Part shown: positions 1-9,600 of the stretch, one piece after another
How positions within the stretch are numbered: the stretch's first letter is position 1
Layout: every line of letters starts with the position of its first letter
Origin: Labilithrix sp.
GTDB lineage: Bacteria > Myxococcota_A > Polyangia > Polyangiales > Polyangiaceae
Reading direction: 5' to 3'
Length of the DNA stretch: 64,000 nucleotides
Assembly: GCA_019637175.1 (NCBI GenBank)
Contig: JAHBWD010000010.1
Coordinates: 126,715 to 190,714 of the forward strand
The notes under the pieces: model-generated
What the model saw: only the letters and a program-made list of their open reading frames with translations
Told to the model about the DNA's origin: nothing
The model's database searches: none
Program-made: the position numbers and the translations under genes

Positions 1-2
1 TC

Positions 3-623
3 TGCCGCAAGGCCTTCGACACGCCGCTCGGGGCGATCGAGGCCGACAAAGACGCGATCGACACGATCGCCTCGGCGTGCACGTTCGATCCCTACGCCGA
101 TCAGTTCAATCACAAACGCGAGCACTCGCTCGAGTTCCAGGCCGTCTTCCTCCGCCACCTCCTCGGCGCGCGGAAGGCGAAGATCATCCCGATCCTCACG
201 GGCCTCGGCGACCAGCAGTCGAGCGGCAAGAGCCCGAGCCACAGCAAGGCGGTCGAGCGCTTCTTCGACGCGGTGCGCGGCGTCGTGCGAGACAAGCGCG
301 CGATCATCGTAGCCGGCGCCGATCTCGCGCACGTCGGCCCGCGCTTCGGGGATCCGAGGCCCTTCGACGAGGGCGAGCGCCGGCGCCTCGACGCGACCGA
401 TCGCGAGTCGCTCGATCGCGCCGAGCGCGGCGACGCCGAGGCCTTCTGGGAGCACGTCGCCCGCGATCTCGACACGCGACGCGTCTGCGGGCTCGCGCCG
501 ATCTATTCGCTCCTTCGCACGGTGAGCGACGACGTACGCGGCCGCGTCGGCCACTACGAGCAGACGGTCGATCCCGAAGAAGGATCGATCGTGAGCCACG
601 CCGCGGTAGGCTTCTTCACGTGA
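3..623 (+). CDS. Memo-like protein (AmmeMemoRadiSam system protein B family), 5' partial
   Basis: The in-frame translation from the window edge reads as a Memo family protein (...ILTGLGDQQSS...IIVAGADLAHVGPRFGD...CGLAPIYSLL...) with high GC3. No start lies within the window. Stop TGA at 621-623. Confidence 0.7.
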   Translation, partial: CRKAFDTPLGAIEADKDAIDTIASACTFDPYADQFNHKREHSLEFQAVFLRHLLGARKAKIIPILTGLGDQQSSGKSPSHSKAVERFFDAVRGVVRDKRAIIVAGADLAHVGPRFGDPRPFDEGERRRLDATDRESLDRAERGDAEAFWEHVARDLDTRRVCGLAPIYSLLRTVSDDVRGRVGHYEQTVDPEEGSIVSHAAVGFFT

Positions 624-1501
624 TCGGCCCCGACGCGATCCCGCCTCGCCCGCCCGCGCGCGACTCCGGCCAAGACGGCGGCGTCGCCGAGCTTCGCCCG
701 CGCTACGAAGACGTCGCGCAAGACGGGAGCATCCAGCCCACCGCGTTGATGCACGGCATCGGCCACGCGGTCTGGCGATCGCTCGTGATGAAGAACCCGG
801 CGATCGAGGTCTTCCGCGCGAAGGGCATCCTCCCGATCTTGCGGCGCCTCGTGATCGTCGTCGATCGCCGCTCGGTCTCGGTCAACGTGCCGATCCGCTA
901 CGAGGGCGCCTACCGCTTCGCGCGTGAGAAGGGCGGCGACCGCCTCTTCGTGAACATGTGGGTCGAGGCGTCGGCGCCGATCAGCAACACCTTCCTCCCG
1001 ACGCCGCGCGACGCGCCCTTCGAGCGGCTCGGACGCATCTTCGCCGAGCACGTCATCTCGCGCCCCTTCGAGCCACCCGACCGGCGCAAGGTCACGCGCC
1101 TCGAGGGCGGCCCCGGCGTCCCGGAGATCCCGGAAGACGAGCACGTCTTCGAGCCCGCCGAGGCTCTCTTGCGCGATCGCGCGCTCGACGATCTCGGCGC
1201 GATCTCGTTCGGCATGATGCACACCGACTCGAACCAGCACGTCAACTCGCTCGTCTATCCGCGCGTCTTCGAAGAGGCGCTCGTGCAGCGCTTGGCCGAG
1301 ACCGGCCGCGACTACAAAGCGCTGCTCGCGAACGCCGTCGAGATCCGCTGGCGCAAGCCCTTCTTCAGCGGCGAGCGCGCGCAGATCCGCGCGGCCATGC
1401 TCGAAGCGCCCGCGGGCTCCCCGTGGACGGTCGGCGCGGCCGGCGCCTTCTTCGGCGCGGGCGACAAGCCGAACAGCACGATCCAGACGTGGCTGGCCTG
1501 A
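620..1501 (+). CDS. acyl-ACP thioesterase-like hotdog protein
   Basis: A GTG start overlaps the upstream stop. The C-terminal half of ORF 77..1501 carries the D-x-N-Q-HVN motif (MMHTDSNQHVNSLVY) typical of acyl-ACP thioesterases. The 5' part of the listed ORF is out-of-frame shadow. Confidence 0.5.
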   Translation: MIGPDAIPPRPPARDSGQDGGVAELRPRYEDVAQDGSIQPTALMHGIGHAVWRSLVMKNPAIEVFRAKGILPILRRLVIVVDRRSVSVNVPIRYEGAYRFAREKGGDRLFVNMWVEASAPISNTFLPTPRDAPFERLGRIFAEHVISRPFEPPDRRKVTRLEGGPGVPEIPEDEHVFEPAEALLRDRALDDLGAISFGMMHTDSNQHVNSLVYPRVFEEALVQRLAETGRDYKALLANAVEIRWRKPFFSGERAQIRAAMLEAPAGSPWTVGAAGAFFGAGDKPNSTIQTWLA

Positions 1502-1584
1502 CGCCGCAGAAACGGCCCGCAAAGAAGCGCTCGACTCCGCCGTTGACCGGACCCAACGGGCCGCGCTATGAAGCACGAACCACT

Positions 1585-1656
1585 GCGGGAGTAACTCAGT
1601 GGTAGAGTGCCACCTTGCCAAGGTGGACGTCGAGGGTTCGAATCCCTTCTCCCGCT
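1585..1656 (+). tRNA. tRNA-Gly (anticodon GCC)
   Basis: GCGGGAG acceptor, D-arm AGTGGTAGAGT, anticodon loop CTTGCCAAG, T-arm GAGGGTTCGAATCCCTT and matching 3' acceptor CTCCCGC form a cloverleaf by eye. Confidence 0.85.
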
Positions 1657-1661
1657 CAAGA

Positions 1662-1692
1662 AAAGGCCGCCGATGGCGGCCTTTCGCGTTTC
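1662..1692 (+). terminator. intrinsic terminator after tRNA-Gly
   Basis: GC hairpin GGCCGCC-gatg-GCGGCC followed by TTTCGCGTTTCT. Confidence 0.5.
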
Positions 1693-1813
1693 TGGACGTC
1701 ACGGAGCGTTACGCCAGGATGGTGTGACCGGTGGCGTGGGGGCCGAGCCGCGTGGTGTCAGGTCGTAAGCCTCAGGCGGCCCGGACACGCGCTCATCCTT
1801 GCACCCGTGTGCG

Positions 1814-2470
1814 TCACGAAGCCGAAGAAGCCGTCGTGCCTGCCTTGCCTCGACGTCCGCTCGCCGCCTTCGGTGGCGTCTTCCCCTGAGGATGGATGGT
1901 CTCGCCCTTCTTCAGCATCTCGACGAAGGCCGCGATCCGCTTCTTTCGTCCGTCCGCCGTCTTCAAGCTCAGCGTGCGAAAGGTCAACGCGAACCGGTTC
2001 TGCGACGAGAGCGTTTCGTACGTCGCGAGAGCCTTCGGCTCCGCGCGGATCGCGGCGATCAGATCCTCGGGCGGCTCGTTCTTGGCGATCCGGTACGCCT
2101 TCTCCCAGCGGCCGTCCGCCTTCGCTGCCTCCACTTGTGCGAGCCCGGGAGGCTGCATCATCCCGGCCCTGTTCAGGCGCGCGACGTTCGCCACGTTGAT
2201 CTGGCTCCAGACGCTCTTCCTTCCGCGCGGCGTGTAGCGCTGGAGGAAGCTCTTCTCGTCGAGGCCCTTCCGAATGCCGTCGATCCAACCCCAGCAAAGC
2301 ACCGCATCGATGGCCTGCGTGGGCGTGATCGACGGGACGCCGGACCGCACCTTGTAGATCCGGATCCAGACCTCCTGCTCCTTGTTCCAATGCTTGCGGA
2401 GCCACGCGTAGAAGGTCTTCTCGTTCTTGAATTCGAGGACCTTGTTGGGATCGACCCGGACCGACGCCAT
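1814..2470 (-). CDS. YdeI/OmpD-associated family protein
   Basis: The 218-aa ORF has a clean start and good codon usage. The sequence is typical of the YdeI/OmdA family (...FYAWLRKHWNKEQEVWIRIYK...). Confidence 0.65.
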   Translation of the reverse strand: MASVRVDPNKVLEFKNEKTFYAWLRKHWNKEQEVWIRIYKVRSGVPSITPTQAIDAVLCWGWIDGIRKGLDEKSFLQRYTPRGRKSVWSQINVANVARLNRAGMMQPPGLAQVEAAKADGRWEKAYRIAKNEPPEDLIAAIRAEPKALATYETLSSQNRFALTFRTLSLKTADGRKKRIAAFVEMLKKGETIHPQGKTPPKAASGRRGKAGTTASSAS

Positions 2471-2699
2471 GCGCGTGATGATAATCGCCCTCGGCGAACG
2501 TAGGCGTCCTCTCCGCGACGACGGTGAGCGTCCCGTCGATGTCCGGGTCGTCGCGGGCGAGCGCGTGACCTCGGCGAACGTTGGTTGCTCGCGCCGAGCC
2601 GGCGGACCTCCTCGGCCTCACCAAGGGAGAGCTTGCCGGGCGAAGGGGTGCGGGTGGGAATCCATCGCCAGGGCGGGAGGACAAACACCGCCCGGCCCT

Positions 2700-3386
2700 T
2701 CAGCCGCGTAGCGCGAAGGCTGCGCCCTGCGGGTCGTCGCACACGGCGAGGCGCTCGCCGTCCGGTAGTGCGAACGGACCGAGCACGATGCCGCGCTCGG
2801 CGTGGACGGTCGCGAGTGCGCGATCGAGATCATCGACGTGCATGTGAAAGAGCCAGTGCGCGTGACGGCCAGCCTGGCTTCGAATGTCGACCATCGTACC
2901 TGCCTCGACGTCCGAGCCTGGCCAGGCGAAATGTCGAAACTCGCCATGCTCGGGATGCGCCACGAGACGTGTGAGGCGCCAGCCAAACAACGTCGTGTAC
3001 GCTCGCTCGACACGCGCTCGGTCGTTGGTGTTCATGTGGTGCCAAACCACCACACGCGACGACTCGTCGTGGGAGCCGGGCGACGTGAGCCCGACGATCG
3101 CTCCGCCCGGATCGCGAAGTACGGCGAACCGGCGACCATCCGGGAACGTCCCGATGGGCCCCAGCGGCTCGGCCCCATGCATGACGAACGCGTCTGACGT
3201 GGCCTCGACGTCGTCGACCTCGATCTGACCGAGCCAATGCGAGCGCGCGCCCCGCGCGAGGGCTTGCTCATGCAGCGGCACGATCGGCATTCGATCGTGG
3301 CCAAGCAACTTGGCATAGAAGCCACGCGCCGCAGGGGCATCCGTGGTGCGAAGCACGAACCGAGCAAACGTGAAGGAAGCGCTCAC
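2700..3386 (-). CDS. VOC (glyoxalase/bleomycin-resistance/dioxygenase) family protein, two-domain
   Basis: The 228-aa ORF contains two glyoxalase-like halves (FYAKLLGH..., HFAWPGSDVEAG...HWLFHMHVDDLD). Confidence 0.65.
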   Translation of the reverse strand: MSASFTFARFVLRTTDAPAARGFYAKLLGHDRMPIVPLHEQALARGARSHWLGQIEVDDVEATSDAFVMHGAEPLGPIGTFPDGRRFAVLRDPGGAIVGLTSPGSHDESSRVVVWHHMNTNDRARVERAYTTLFGWRLTRLVAHPEHGEFRHFAWPGSDVEAGTMVDIRSQAGRHAHWLFHMHVDDLDRALATVHAERGIVLGPFALPDGERLAVCDDPQGAAFALRG

Positions 3387-3581
3387 GGCTCGCGATGGTA
3401 CCGGCGGCTCCTCGCGATCGCACCGCCAGTCTACCTCCGAACGAGGGCCGCTACGGAAGCGGCGGTTCGCTCCCGCGCGCGCCGTGCCATGGCGCGTGTA
3501 CGGTGACGAGGTCGGCTTCGAGCGGCGGCAGCTCGCGGGTGTATGGAAGCGAGGCTGCGGCGGGACATCGGCGCGCGAGGC

Positions 3582-4211
3582 TCACGTCGCGCGACGCCTC
3601 GCGACGATCACGGCGTCGACGCCCGTGCCCGCGATCGCGCGCGGGCGCTCCTCCGCCACCACGAGATCCCACGCGCTCGGCTCCAGCGCGCCGGTCGCGC
3701 TCTCGACGGAGACTTGCACCTGGCTCGCCGCGGCCGTCGGACTTCCCGTCACAGGATCGATCGGACGATGGCCGACCATGAGCAACGTCCCGCCGGGCGC
3801 AACCCCGCTCGAAAGGCGCCGCACCATTTCGTCGACCGAGCCCGCGACATGAACATAGAGGCACGTCACGAAATCGAAGTAGCCGCGCGGCGGCGCCCAC
3901 ACGCCGAGATCGCCCTCGACCCACGTGATGCGCTCCGCGATCTCCGGCCCCAACGCGTCCGCCGTCGATCGTGCGTGCGCGAGTGCGCTCGCCGAGAAGT
4001 CGACCGCCGTCACGTTCCATCCGTGCGCCGCGAGCCACAGCGTCTCCGCTCCATGGCCGCACCCCGCGTCGAGCGAACGCCCGGGACGAAGGCCGGCGAC
4101 CTCGGCGATCAGATGCGCGTTCGGCGCGCGCTGCGCGACCTTGTCCGCGTGCTCGCGCAGCGTCCTCGCCCAAAGCTCTTCCCAGTACGTCCGGTCGTGG
4201 CCCATGCGCAC
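3582..4211 (-). CDS. class I SAM-dependent methyltransferase
   Basis: SAM-binding motif LDAGCGHGAETLWLAAHG; 209 aa. Confidence 0.7.
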   Translation of the reverse strand: MRMGHDRTYWEELWARTLREHADKVAQRAPNAHLIAEVAGLRPGRSLDAGCGHGAETLWLAAHGWNVTAVDFSASALAHARSTADALGPEIAERITWVEGDLGVWAPPRGYFDFVTCLYVHVAGSVDEMVRRLSSGVAPGGTLLMVGHRPIDPVTGSPTAAASQVQVSVESATGALEPSAWDLVVAEERPRAIAGTGVDAVIVARRRAT

Positions 4212-4312
4212 CAGCCTAGGCCGCCGCGTCGCGACGGCGTCGACGAAAGTCGCTTTGCCCCTCGAGCTTCTCGTGGGCGCAACGCGGCCCGAGGATTGCT
4301 CCCCGATCGAGC

Positions 4313-5773
4313 ATGGCCGCCCCTTCGAGTCCGATCCTCGTCACCGGCGCCAGCGGCCGCGTCGGAGGCGTCGGCCGCTCCATCGTCGAGCTGCTTCGGC
4401 AGCGCGGCGCGTCGGTTCGTGCCTTCGTGCACCATGACGACGAACGCGCCGAGCGGCTGCGCTCGCTCGGTGCGGAGGTCTTCGTCGGCGACCTCACGCG
4501 CGCCGAGGACGTCGTCGAGGCCACCCGGGGCTGCCGCCGCGTCTATCTCGGGATGGGCGTCTCTCCCGATTACCTCGAAGCCGCCGTTCTCATGGCAGCC
4601 GCGGCGCGCGAGCTCGACGTCGAGGTCCTCGTCAACATCTCGCAGATGACCGTCTCCCAGATGAGCCTGTCGTCGATGACCGAATCGAGGCAGCAGAGGC
4701 AGCACTGGATGGTCGAGCGGGTGCTCGACGGGTCCGGCTTGCCCGTCGTCGAGGTGCGACCGACGGTCTTCCTCGAGAACCCGTTCTTCTCCGCGTTCGC
4801 GGAGGAGTCGATCGCCGACGACGACACGATCCGCCTCCCCTTCGGCGGCGGGCGAACCTCCCCGATCGCCGCACGCGACGTCGCCGAGGTCGTCGCGACC
4901 ATCCTCGAGAGCCCGGCGAGCCATGTCGGCCGCGTCTACGAGCTCACCGGTCCTGTCTCGCAAGACATGAACGGCGTCGCGGCGGAGTACGCGCGAGCGC
5001 TCGGTCGACCGATCACGTGGGTCGACGTGCCGTTCGACGAATGGAGCCGAAGCCTCCGCGCGCGGCTCCTGCCGGAGCACCTCGAGAGTCACCTGCTCAC
5101 GATGGCGCGCTTGCACGCGATCGGCCGCTACGACCGGTCTTCGTCGGACGTCGAGCGGATCCTCGGGCGCCCCGCGACGAGCGTTCGTGACTTCGTCGCC
5201 GCGAACGCCGCCCGCTTCGCCCGCCGTCCGATCCGTCGAGAGACCGCTGCGGCGTCGCCCGCGCGCGCTCGCGACTACACGGCGCGCCGGATCGATCGTG
5301 CGTTCGACGTGCCGTACGAACGCTTCGTTCGGAGCCTCGCGTCGCTGCTCGGCAGGATGGATCCCGACGCGCTTCATCGGCTCCGCGCGGGGAACGCCGA
5401 CGAGGCGCGACGCGAGCTCGCGAAGCGCGTCGGGCCGTCGGGATTCGCGATCTTCCAGGAGCTCGATCACGGCGCGCTCGTGAGGGCGTTCACCGATCGC
5501 CCGGCGCGCTCGACGTTGTACGTCTTCGGCAACGCGCTCCTGGCGATCGAGATGACGAAGCACGTCGCCGAGGTCGGTCTGTACGTACCGCTTCGGATGT
5601 TCGTCGAAGAGATGACGCCGACGAGCGTGCGCGTCACCTACGACCTTCCCTCGTCGATCCTGGGTCAATTCGGCTCGGCGCCGGTGAACGTGGTCGCGCG
5701 CGATCTCGATCGAAAGGTCGAAGCGTTGCTCACGGACGCCGCCGCCGGGAAGAGACCCCCTCCCCGGCAGTGA
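4313..5773 (+). CDS. NmrA-family NAD(P)-binding protein fused to a C-terminal DUF302 domain
   Basis: N-terminal Rossmann GxxGxxG (ILVTGASGRVGG) with an NmrA-like body. C-terminal ~130 aa (LYVFGNALLAIEMTKHVAEVGLYVPLRMFVEE) matches DUF302. Confidence 0.6.
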   Translation: MAAPSSPILVTGASGRVGGVGRSIVELLRQRGASVRAFVHHDDERAERLRSLGAEVFVGDLTRAEDVVEATRGCRRVYLGMGVSPDYLEAAVLMAAAARELDVEVLVNISQMTVSQMSLSSMTESRQQRQHWMVERVLDGSGLPVVEVRPTVFLENPFFSAFAEESIADDDTIRLPFGGGRTSPIAARDVAEVVATILESPASHVGRVYELTGPVSQDMNGVAAEYARALGRPITWVDVPFDEWSRSLRARLLPEHLESHLLTMARLHAIGRYDRSSSDVERILGRPATSVRDFVAANAARFARRPIRRETAAASPARARDYTARRIDRAFDVPYERFVRSLASLLGRMDPDALHRLRAGNADEARRELAKRVGPSGFAIFQELDHGALVRAFTDRPARSTLYVFGNALLAIEMTKHVAEVGLYVPLRMFVEEMTPTSVRVTYDLPSSILGQFGSAPVNVVARDLDRKVEALLTDAAAGKRPPPRQ

Positions 5774-5934
5774 AGGTCGCCGGCGATGCTGGGTCTCTGA
5801 CGTCATTTGCAGCTCTACATGCAGAGCGTCCCCTCGCCTTGCGTCTCTCATCGAACCAACGACGGCCGCAGAGAAACCGCAGAGAAGCCGCGGCGGCGGC
5901 TGGGCATGCGCGAGCGTTTGGCGAGGCTGAAGAC

Positions 5935-6492
5935 TCAGCGCTTCGACGGAAAGATCGTGCACCCGACGAGCGTCGCCAGGCCGCGGCGTGCCTCCAAGGT
6001 GGCGAGCGGCTCTTTCCGGTCGGCGCCGACCCAGAGGAGGTACGTCGCCCGGCGCGCTGGAGCGCCGTCCAGCTCCGCGCCGACCCGGACGACGTCGACG
6101 AGGTCCTTCGTCGGAGGCGTGATGCTGTCGCCGAAGGAGACCGCGATCGGACCGTAGCGCGCCGTCAAAGCGGGATCCGCGACGAGCACGCAGTCGACCA
6201 CGTACCGCTTCGCTGGATTGGTGTCGATCGAGAGGTAGGCGAGCGAGCCCTCTTCGTCGCGCCCGGTGAGACGAAGGATCTCGTGCTCGCTCCGCCGTGG
6301 ACCATGGCCTGCGATCGCTCGATCGCCGCCTACTATGCCGTCCTCTTCCCTCCCTCGCCCCCGGGCGGCTTCGTGCGACCCTCGTACACGGTCTTCGAAA
6401 CGGCGGCGATCGCGTTTCGCCCGATGGCTCCCCGGCAGTAAACGATCGCCGCCGCTGGATCGAGCGTCGACGACCGTCCACACCAGCCGCAT
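5935..6492 (-). CDS. hypothetical protein (start uncertain; possible frameshift)
   Basis: GC3 is about 90% only for roughly 5935-6270 in this frame. The proposed ATG at 6492 overlaps the stop of the upstream lipoprotein gene (ATGA), but GC3 between 6300 and 6490 favours another frame. Confidence 0.3.
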   Translation of the reverse strand: MRLVWTVVDARSSGGDRLLPGSHRAKRDRRRFEDRVRGSHEAARGRGREEDGIVGGDRAIAGHGPRRSEHEILRLTGRDEEGSLAYLSIDTNPAKRYVVDCVLVADPALTARYGPIAVSFGDSITPPTKDLVDVVRVGAELDGAPARRATYLLWVGADRKEPLATLEARRGLATLVGCTIFPSKR

Positions 6493-6848
6493 CAGCGCGG
6501 GCAGGGCCCGAGCGATCTCGCCTCCTCCTGCGTCGGCCGCCGCCGCGCGCCGTTCTCGCAGACGGAGCCCGGGACGTCCATGCAGGTCCCGACGCGCCAT
6601 CGCGTCCATCGCTTCGCGGTGCCGGACGAGCAACCCACCGTGTCGAGCGGGCTCGCCGGGCCCCAGCGACGGCACGTTCCCGCGAGCTCGTAGGGCCTCC
6701 GCTGGCAGGTCGCGGCTCCGTCGGTGCGGAGCTCTTCGGCGTCGCTCGCCGTCTCGTCGTCGTCGTCGGTCGATCGCGCGGCGCAAGCCGCGACGACGGG
6801 CACGAGCAGGGCGAGCGCGAAGATCGTTCGAGGTGTGTTTCGCTTCAT
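6492..6848 (-). CDS. small Cys-rich secreted lipoprotein
   Basis: MKRNTPRTIFALALLVPVVAACAARS signal with a lipobox, followed by about 7 Cys. The start is M37 of ORF 6492..6956. Confidence 0.5.
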   Translation of the reverse strand: MKRNTPRTIFALALLVPVVAACAARSTDDDDETASDAEELRTDGAATCQRRPYELAGTCRRWGPASPLDTVGCSSGTAKRWTRWRVGTCMDVPGSVCENGARRRPTQEEARSLGPCPR

Positions 6849-7061
6849 GACGAAGGCGAAGGAGCACGCGCCGTGCCGCGAGCGCGCGCGAGCGTGACTG
6901 GTGTCGACCGTCGTCGACACGTCATCCACGCAGGCGCGGCGCAGCGCGAGAAACACTGGCGCCGCGCCGATCGCCTCCTTGGTCTGGGCGTTGCTGTGTG
7001 CTCACCGCGACGAACGACTCGTTCACTGCGAGCGAGAGCGGATCTCGAAAGGTGATGGACC

Positions 7062-7751
7062 ATGCGCAAGAGCAACACCGCGATCGCCCTCTTCGGAGCG
7101 GCCGCTCTCTTCTTCTCCGGATGCGCGGCGGAGCTCGATCCCGAAGACACGCGGAGCGACACGGCCTCCATCGAGGGCGTCCCCGGCTTCACGAACCGCG
7201 CGTACAGCATCGACGTCTCGGCCAAGCGGCTCCCGTCGTGCCTCACGGCCGGGTGCGACCTCCGCTTGCGCCTCGTCGCGCGCAACGTCTTGAACGCGAC
7301 GCAGTTCGAGGCGTGCGTCGTCTTCCCGAACGCCGACGATCCGGCGTACCGCGAGCTCAGGCTCGATCGTCCGCAGCCCGTCGCGACGCTGAGGTACGGC
7401 GGAACGTACGGCTACACGGTCCAGCCCGATCTATCCGTCCCCGTCCTCGGGAACCTGCGCTCGGTCGAGTTCATCGTCGAGGAAGGCGACTTCGAGCGCG
7501 TCCCCTCGAACGCGCTCTGGGATCGCGCCGGGCGCGACGCGTTCGGCAACACCGTCGTCGCGACGTTCTCGCCGCGCGCCTGCGAGGGACCGGCGAGGGC
7601 TCGCCGCGGGGCGCACTGGGCTTGGTTCGACCAAAACCGCGACGCGGTGCAGGCCGACCGCGGAACGCTCTGGAACGCCGTGGTCAGCGAGTTCCGCTCG
7701 ACCGCCGTCTTCGACGGCACGTCGATGACCGTCTCGTTCGCGAAGCCGTGA
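7062..7751 (+). CDS. hypothetical lipoprotein
   Basis: Signal peptide with FFSGC lipobox; 229 aa; good GC3. Confidence 0.55.
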   Translation: MRKSNTAIALFGAAALFFSGCAAELDPEDTRSDTASIEGVPGFTNRAYSIDVSAKRLPSCLTAGCDLRLRLVARNVLNATQFEACVVFPNADDPAYRELRLDRPQPVATLRYGGTYGYTVQPDLSVPVLGNLRSVEFIVEEGDFERVPSNALWDRAGRDAFGNTVVATFSPRACEGPARARRGAHWAWFDQNRDAVQADRGTLWNAVVSEFRSTAVFDGTSMTVSFAKP

Positions 7752-7819
7752 GGTGAGGCGGAGCCGATCCATCGTCGTGGACGTGCGCGGGCCCTCGACC
7801 GGGCGAAATCCACGGCAAA

Positions 7820-8923
7820 GTGCCGTACACCTACATGGCACGACATCTGCTCTCAGTGCCAGACGTGGCCCGTACAGCGCTCCACCTCCTCGTCGTCGCC
7901 GCGCTCGTCGGGTGCGCTCCCGCCGATCCGATCGACGACGACGCCGAATCGGAAGACGCGCTCGCCTCGCACGCGATCTCCGGATACGCGGCGGTCGTTC
8001 CCGCGGAGCGCGTCGTCACCACCGCGCCCCTCCGCGTGCAGCTCGGAGAGCCCATCGTCGCCGGGCGCCGGCTCATGATCCTTCGACGCCTCGTGTTCCG
8101 CGGCGCGCCCGCGAAGCTCGTCGTCGACGCCGACAGCATGATCACCGCGCTCGTCGCCGACAGCGCGCTCGATCAGGGAGCGCGCGCGGCGCGACCGACC
8201 GACGCGCTCGATCAGTCGCCCTTCGCGTCGAGCCTGGCCACGCTCGCGGCGAGCGACGCGACGCTCGCGAGCATCGACGCCGACGCGCCGCTCGCCGCCG
8301 CCGAGCCGTTCGCGTTGACGATCGACATGTGTCAATCGCGCCGCCTCTGGGACGCAAAGCTCTTCGAATGGGCCGTCGCGCTCTCGAACCAGCTCGGCAA
8401 GCCCGTTCCCGTCGGCATCGCGATGACGGGGGGCTGGGCCAAGGCGCACCCCGACGAGCTCGGGCGCATCGACGCGTGGGCGCGTGAGGGCAAGCTCGCG
8501 ATCACGTGGATCAACCACTCGAGCACGCATCCGCTCCACTGCCGCGACGCTTCCTGCGCGCGCGCCGAGTTCCTCACCGCGAGCGGCGTCGACTTCGACG
8601 AAGAGGTCATGGGCCTCGAGCGATCGCTCCTCGCGCGCGGCCTCCTGCCGTCGGTGCTCTTTCGCTTCCCCGGCCTCGTCCACGACGCGCGCCGGCGCGG
8701 CCAGCTCTCGCGCCTCTCGCTCATGCCCCTCGACGCCGACGCGTGGATCGCGAAAGGTCAGCCCATCAAGCCGCGCGGCGTCGTCTTGGTCCACGGCAAC
8801 GGCAACGAGCCGCCGGGCATCACGCGGTTCTTGTCGCAAGTGGAGACGCGCGCGGACGCGCTTCGCGCCGGGCGGAGCGCGCTCGTGTCGCCGCTCCTCG
8901 CCGCGCCCACGCCTCCTCGCTGA
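7820..8923 (+). CDS. hypothetical lipoprotein, possible polysaccharide deacetylase (NodB-like) fold
   Basis: LVVAALVGCAP lipobox. TIDMCQS and INHSSTHP motifs loosely resemble NodB motifs 1 and 2. The start could be MARHLL at 7835. Confidence 0.4.
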   Translation: MPYTYMARHLLSVPDVARTALHLLVVAALVGCAPADPIDDDAESEDALASHAISGYAAVVPAERVVTTAPLRVQLGEPIVAGRRLMILRRLVFRGAPAKLVVDADSMITALVADSALDQGARAARPTDALDQSPFASSLATLAASDATLASIDADAPLAAAEPFALTIDMCQSRRLWDAKLFEWAVALSNQLGKPVPVGIAMTGGWAKAHPDELGRIDAWAREGKLAITWINHSSTHPLHCRDASCARAEFLTASGVDFDEEVMGLERSLLARGLLPSVLFRFPGLVHDARRRGQLSRLSLMPLDADAWIAKGQPIKPRGVVLVHGNGNEPPGITRFLSQVETRADALRAGRSALVSPLLAAPTPPR

Positions 8924-8926
8924 TCG

Positions 8927-9595
8927 ATGCGCGGCGCCGAGCTCCTCGCGTGGCTCGCGGCTCTCCCACCGGACGATCGCGACCGCGCCGTCGAGGAGCA
9001 CCTCCACCTCGCCGATCGCGCTCACGCCTCTTCCGCTCCCGGCGAGCACCTCGTCGGCTACCACGCGAGCGGCGTCGCGCCGATCGTTCGCGCGGTCCTC
9101 GAGATCCCGATCGTCGCCGAAGACGTCTTCGTCGACCTCGGGTCGGGGCTCGGCAAGGTCGTGAGGCTCGTCGAGCTCCTCACGGGCGCGAGGGCCCGCG
9201 GCGTCGAAGTGCAAGGCGCGCTGGTCGATCACGCGCGTGACGCCGCCGCTCGTGACGGAAGCGACGTCGCCTTCACGCACGCCGACGCGCGTGACGCCGC
9301 GCTCGACGACGGCACCGTGTTCTTCATGTACACGCCGTTCACGGGCCACGCGCTCGCCGACGTCACGGAGCGGCTGCTCGCCGTCGCCGAGCGGCGCGCC
9401 ATCGTCGTGTGCTGCCTCGGCTTCGATCTCGATCGTCACGCGCCGTCGCTCGTTCGCCGAGACTTCGACGCCTTCTGGCTGAGCGTCTACGACAGCGTCG
9501 TCGCGGACGTTCCCCCGCGTCCACGCACAGCGCGATCGATCCTCGCCGGCGCCGCCGCCGACGCGGTCGCGCTCGGGCGCGCGCTCTCGCGGTGA
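8927..9595 (+). CDS. SAM-dependent methyltransferase-like protein
   Basis: VDLGSGLGKVV glycine-rich motif; 222 aa; ATG 4 nt after the upstream stop. Confidence 0.5.
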   Translation: MRGAELLAWLAALPPDDRDRAVEEHLHLADRAHASSAPGEHLVGYHASGVAPIVRAVLEIPIVAEDVFVDLGSGLGKVVRLVELLTGARARGVEVQGALVDHARDAAARDGSDVAFTHADARDAALDDGTVFFMYTPFTGHALADVTERLLAVAERRAIVVCCLGFDLDRHAPSLVRRDFDAFWLSVYDSVVADVPPRPRTARSILAGAAADAVALGRALSR

Positions 9596-9600
9596 CGCGC

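Noticed and set aside
5770-6441. 223-aa plus-strand ORF as a gene
   Set aside because: GC3 is low over most of its length. Only the last ~45 codons carry a coding-like signature, which may belong to another short ORF or the opposite strand.
4109-6481. 790-aa minus ORF; likewise 7853..10060, 16000..17067, 56043..57632 and 47966..50449 N-terminal parts
   Set aside because: Arg-rich low-complexity translations antisense to well-supported genes with no family resemblance. Only the C-terminal portions are real genes (e.g. OmpA at 47966..48742).
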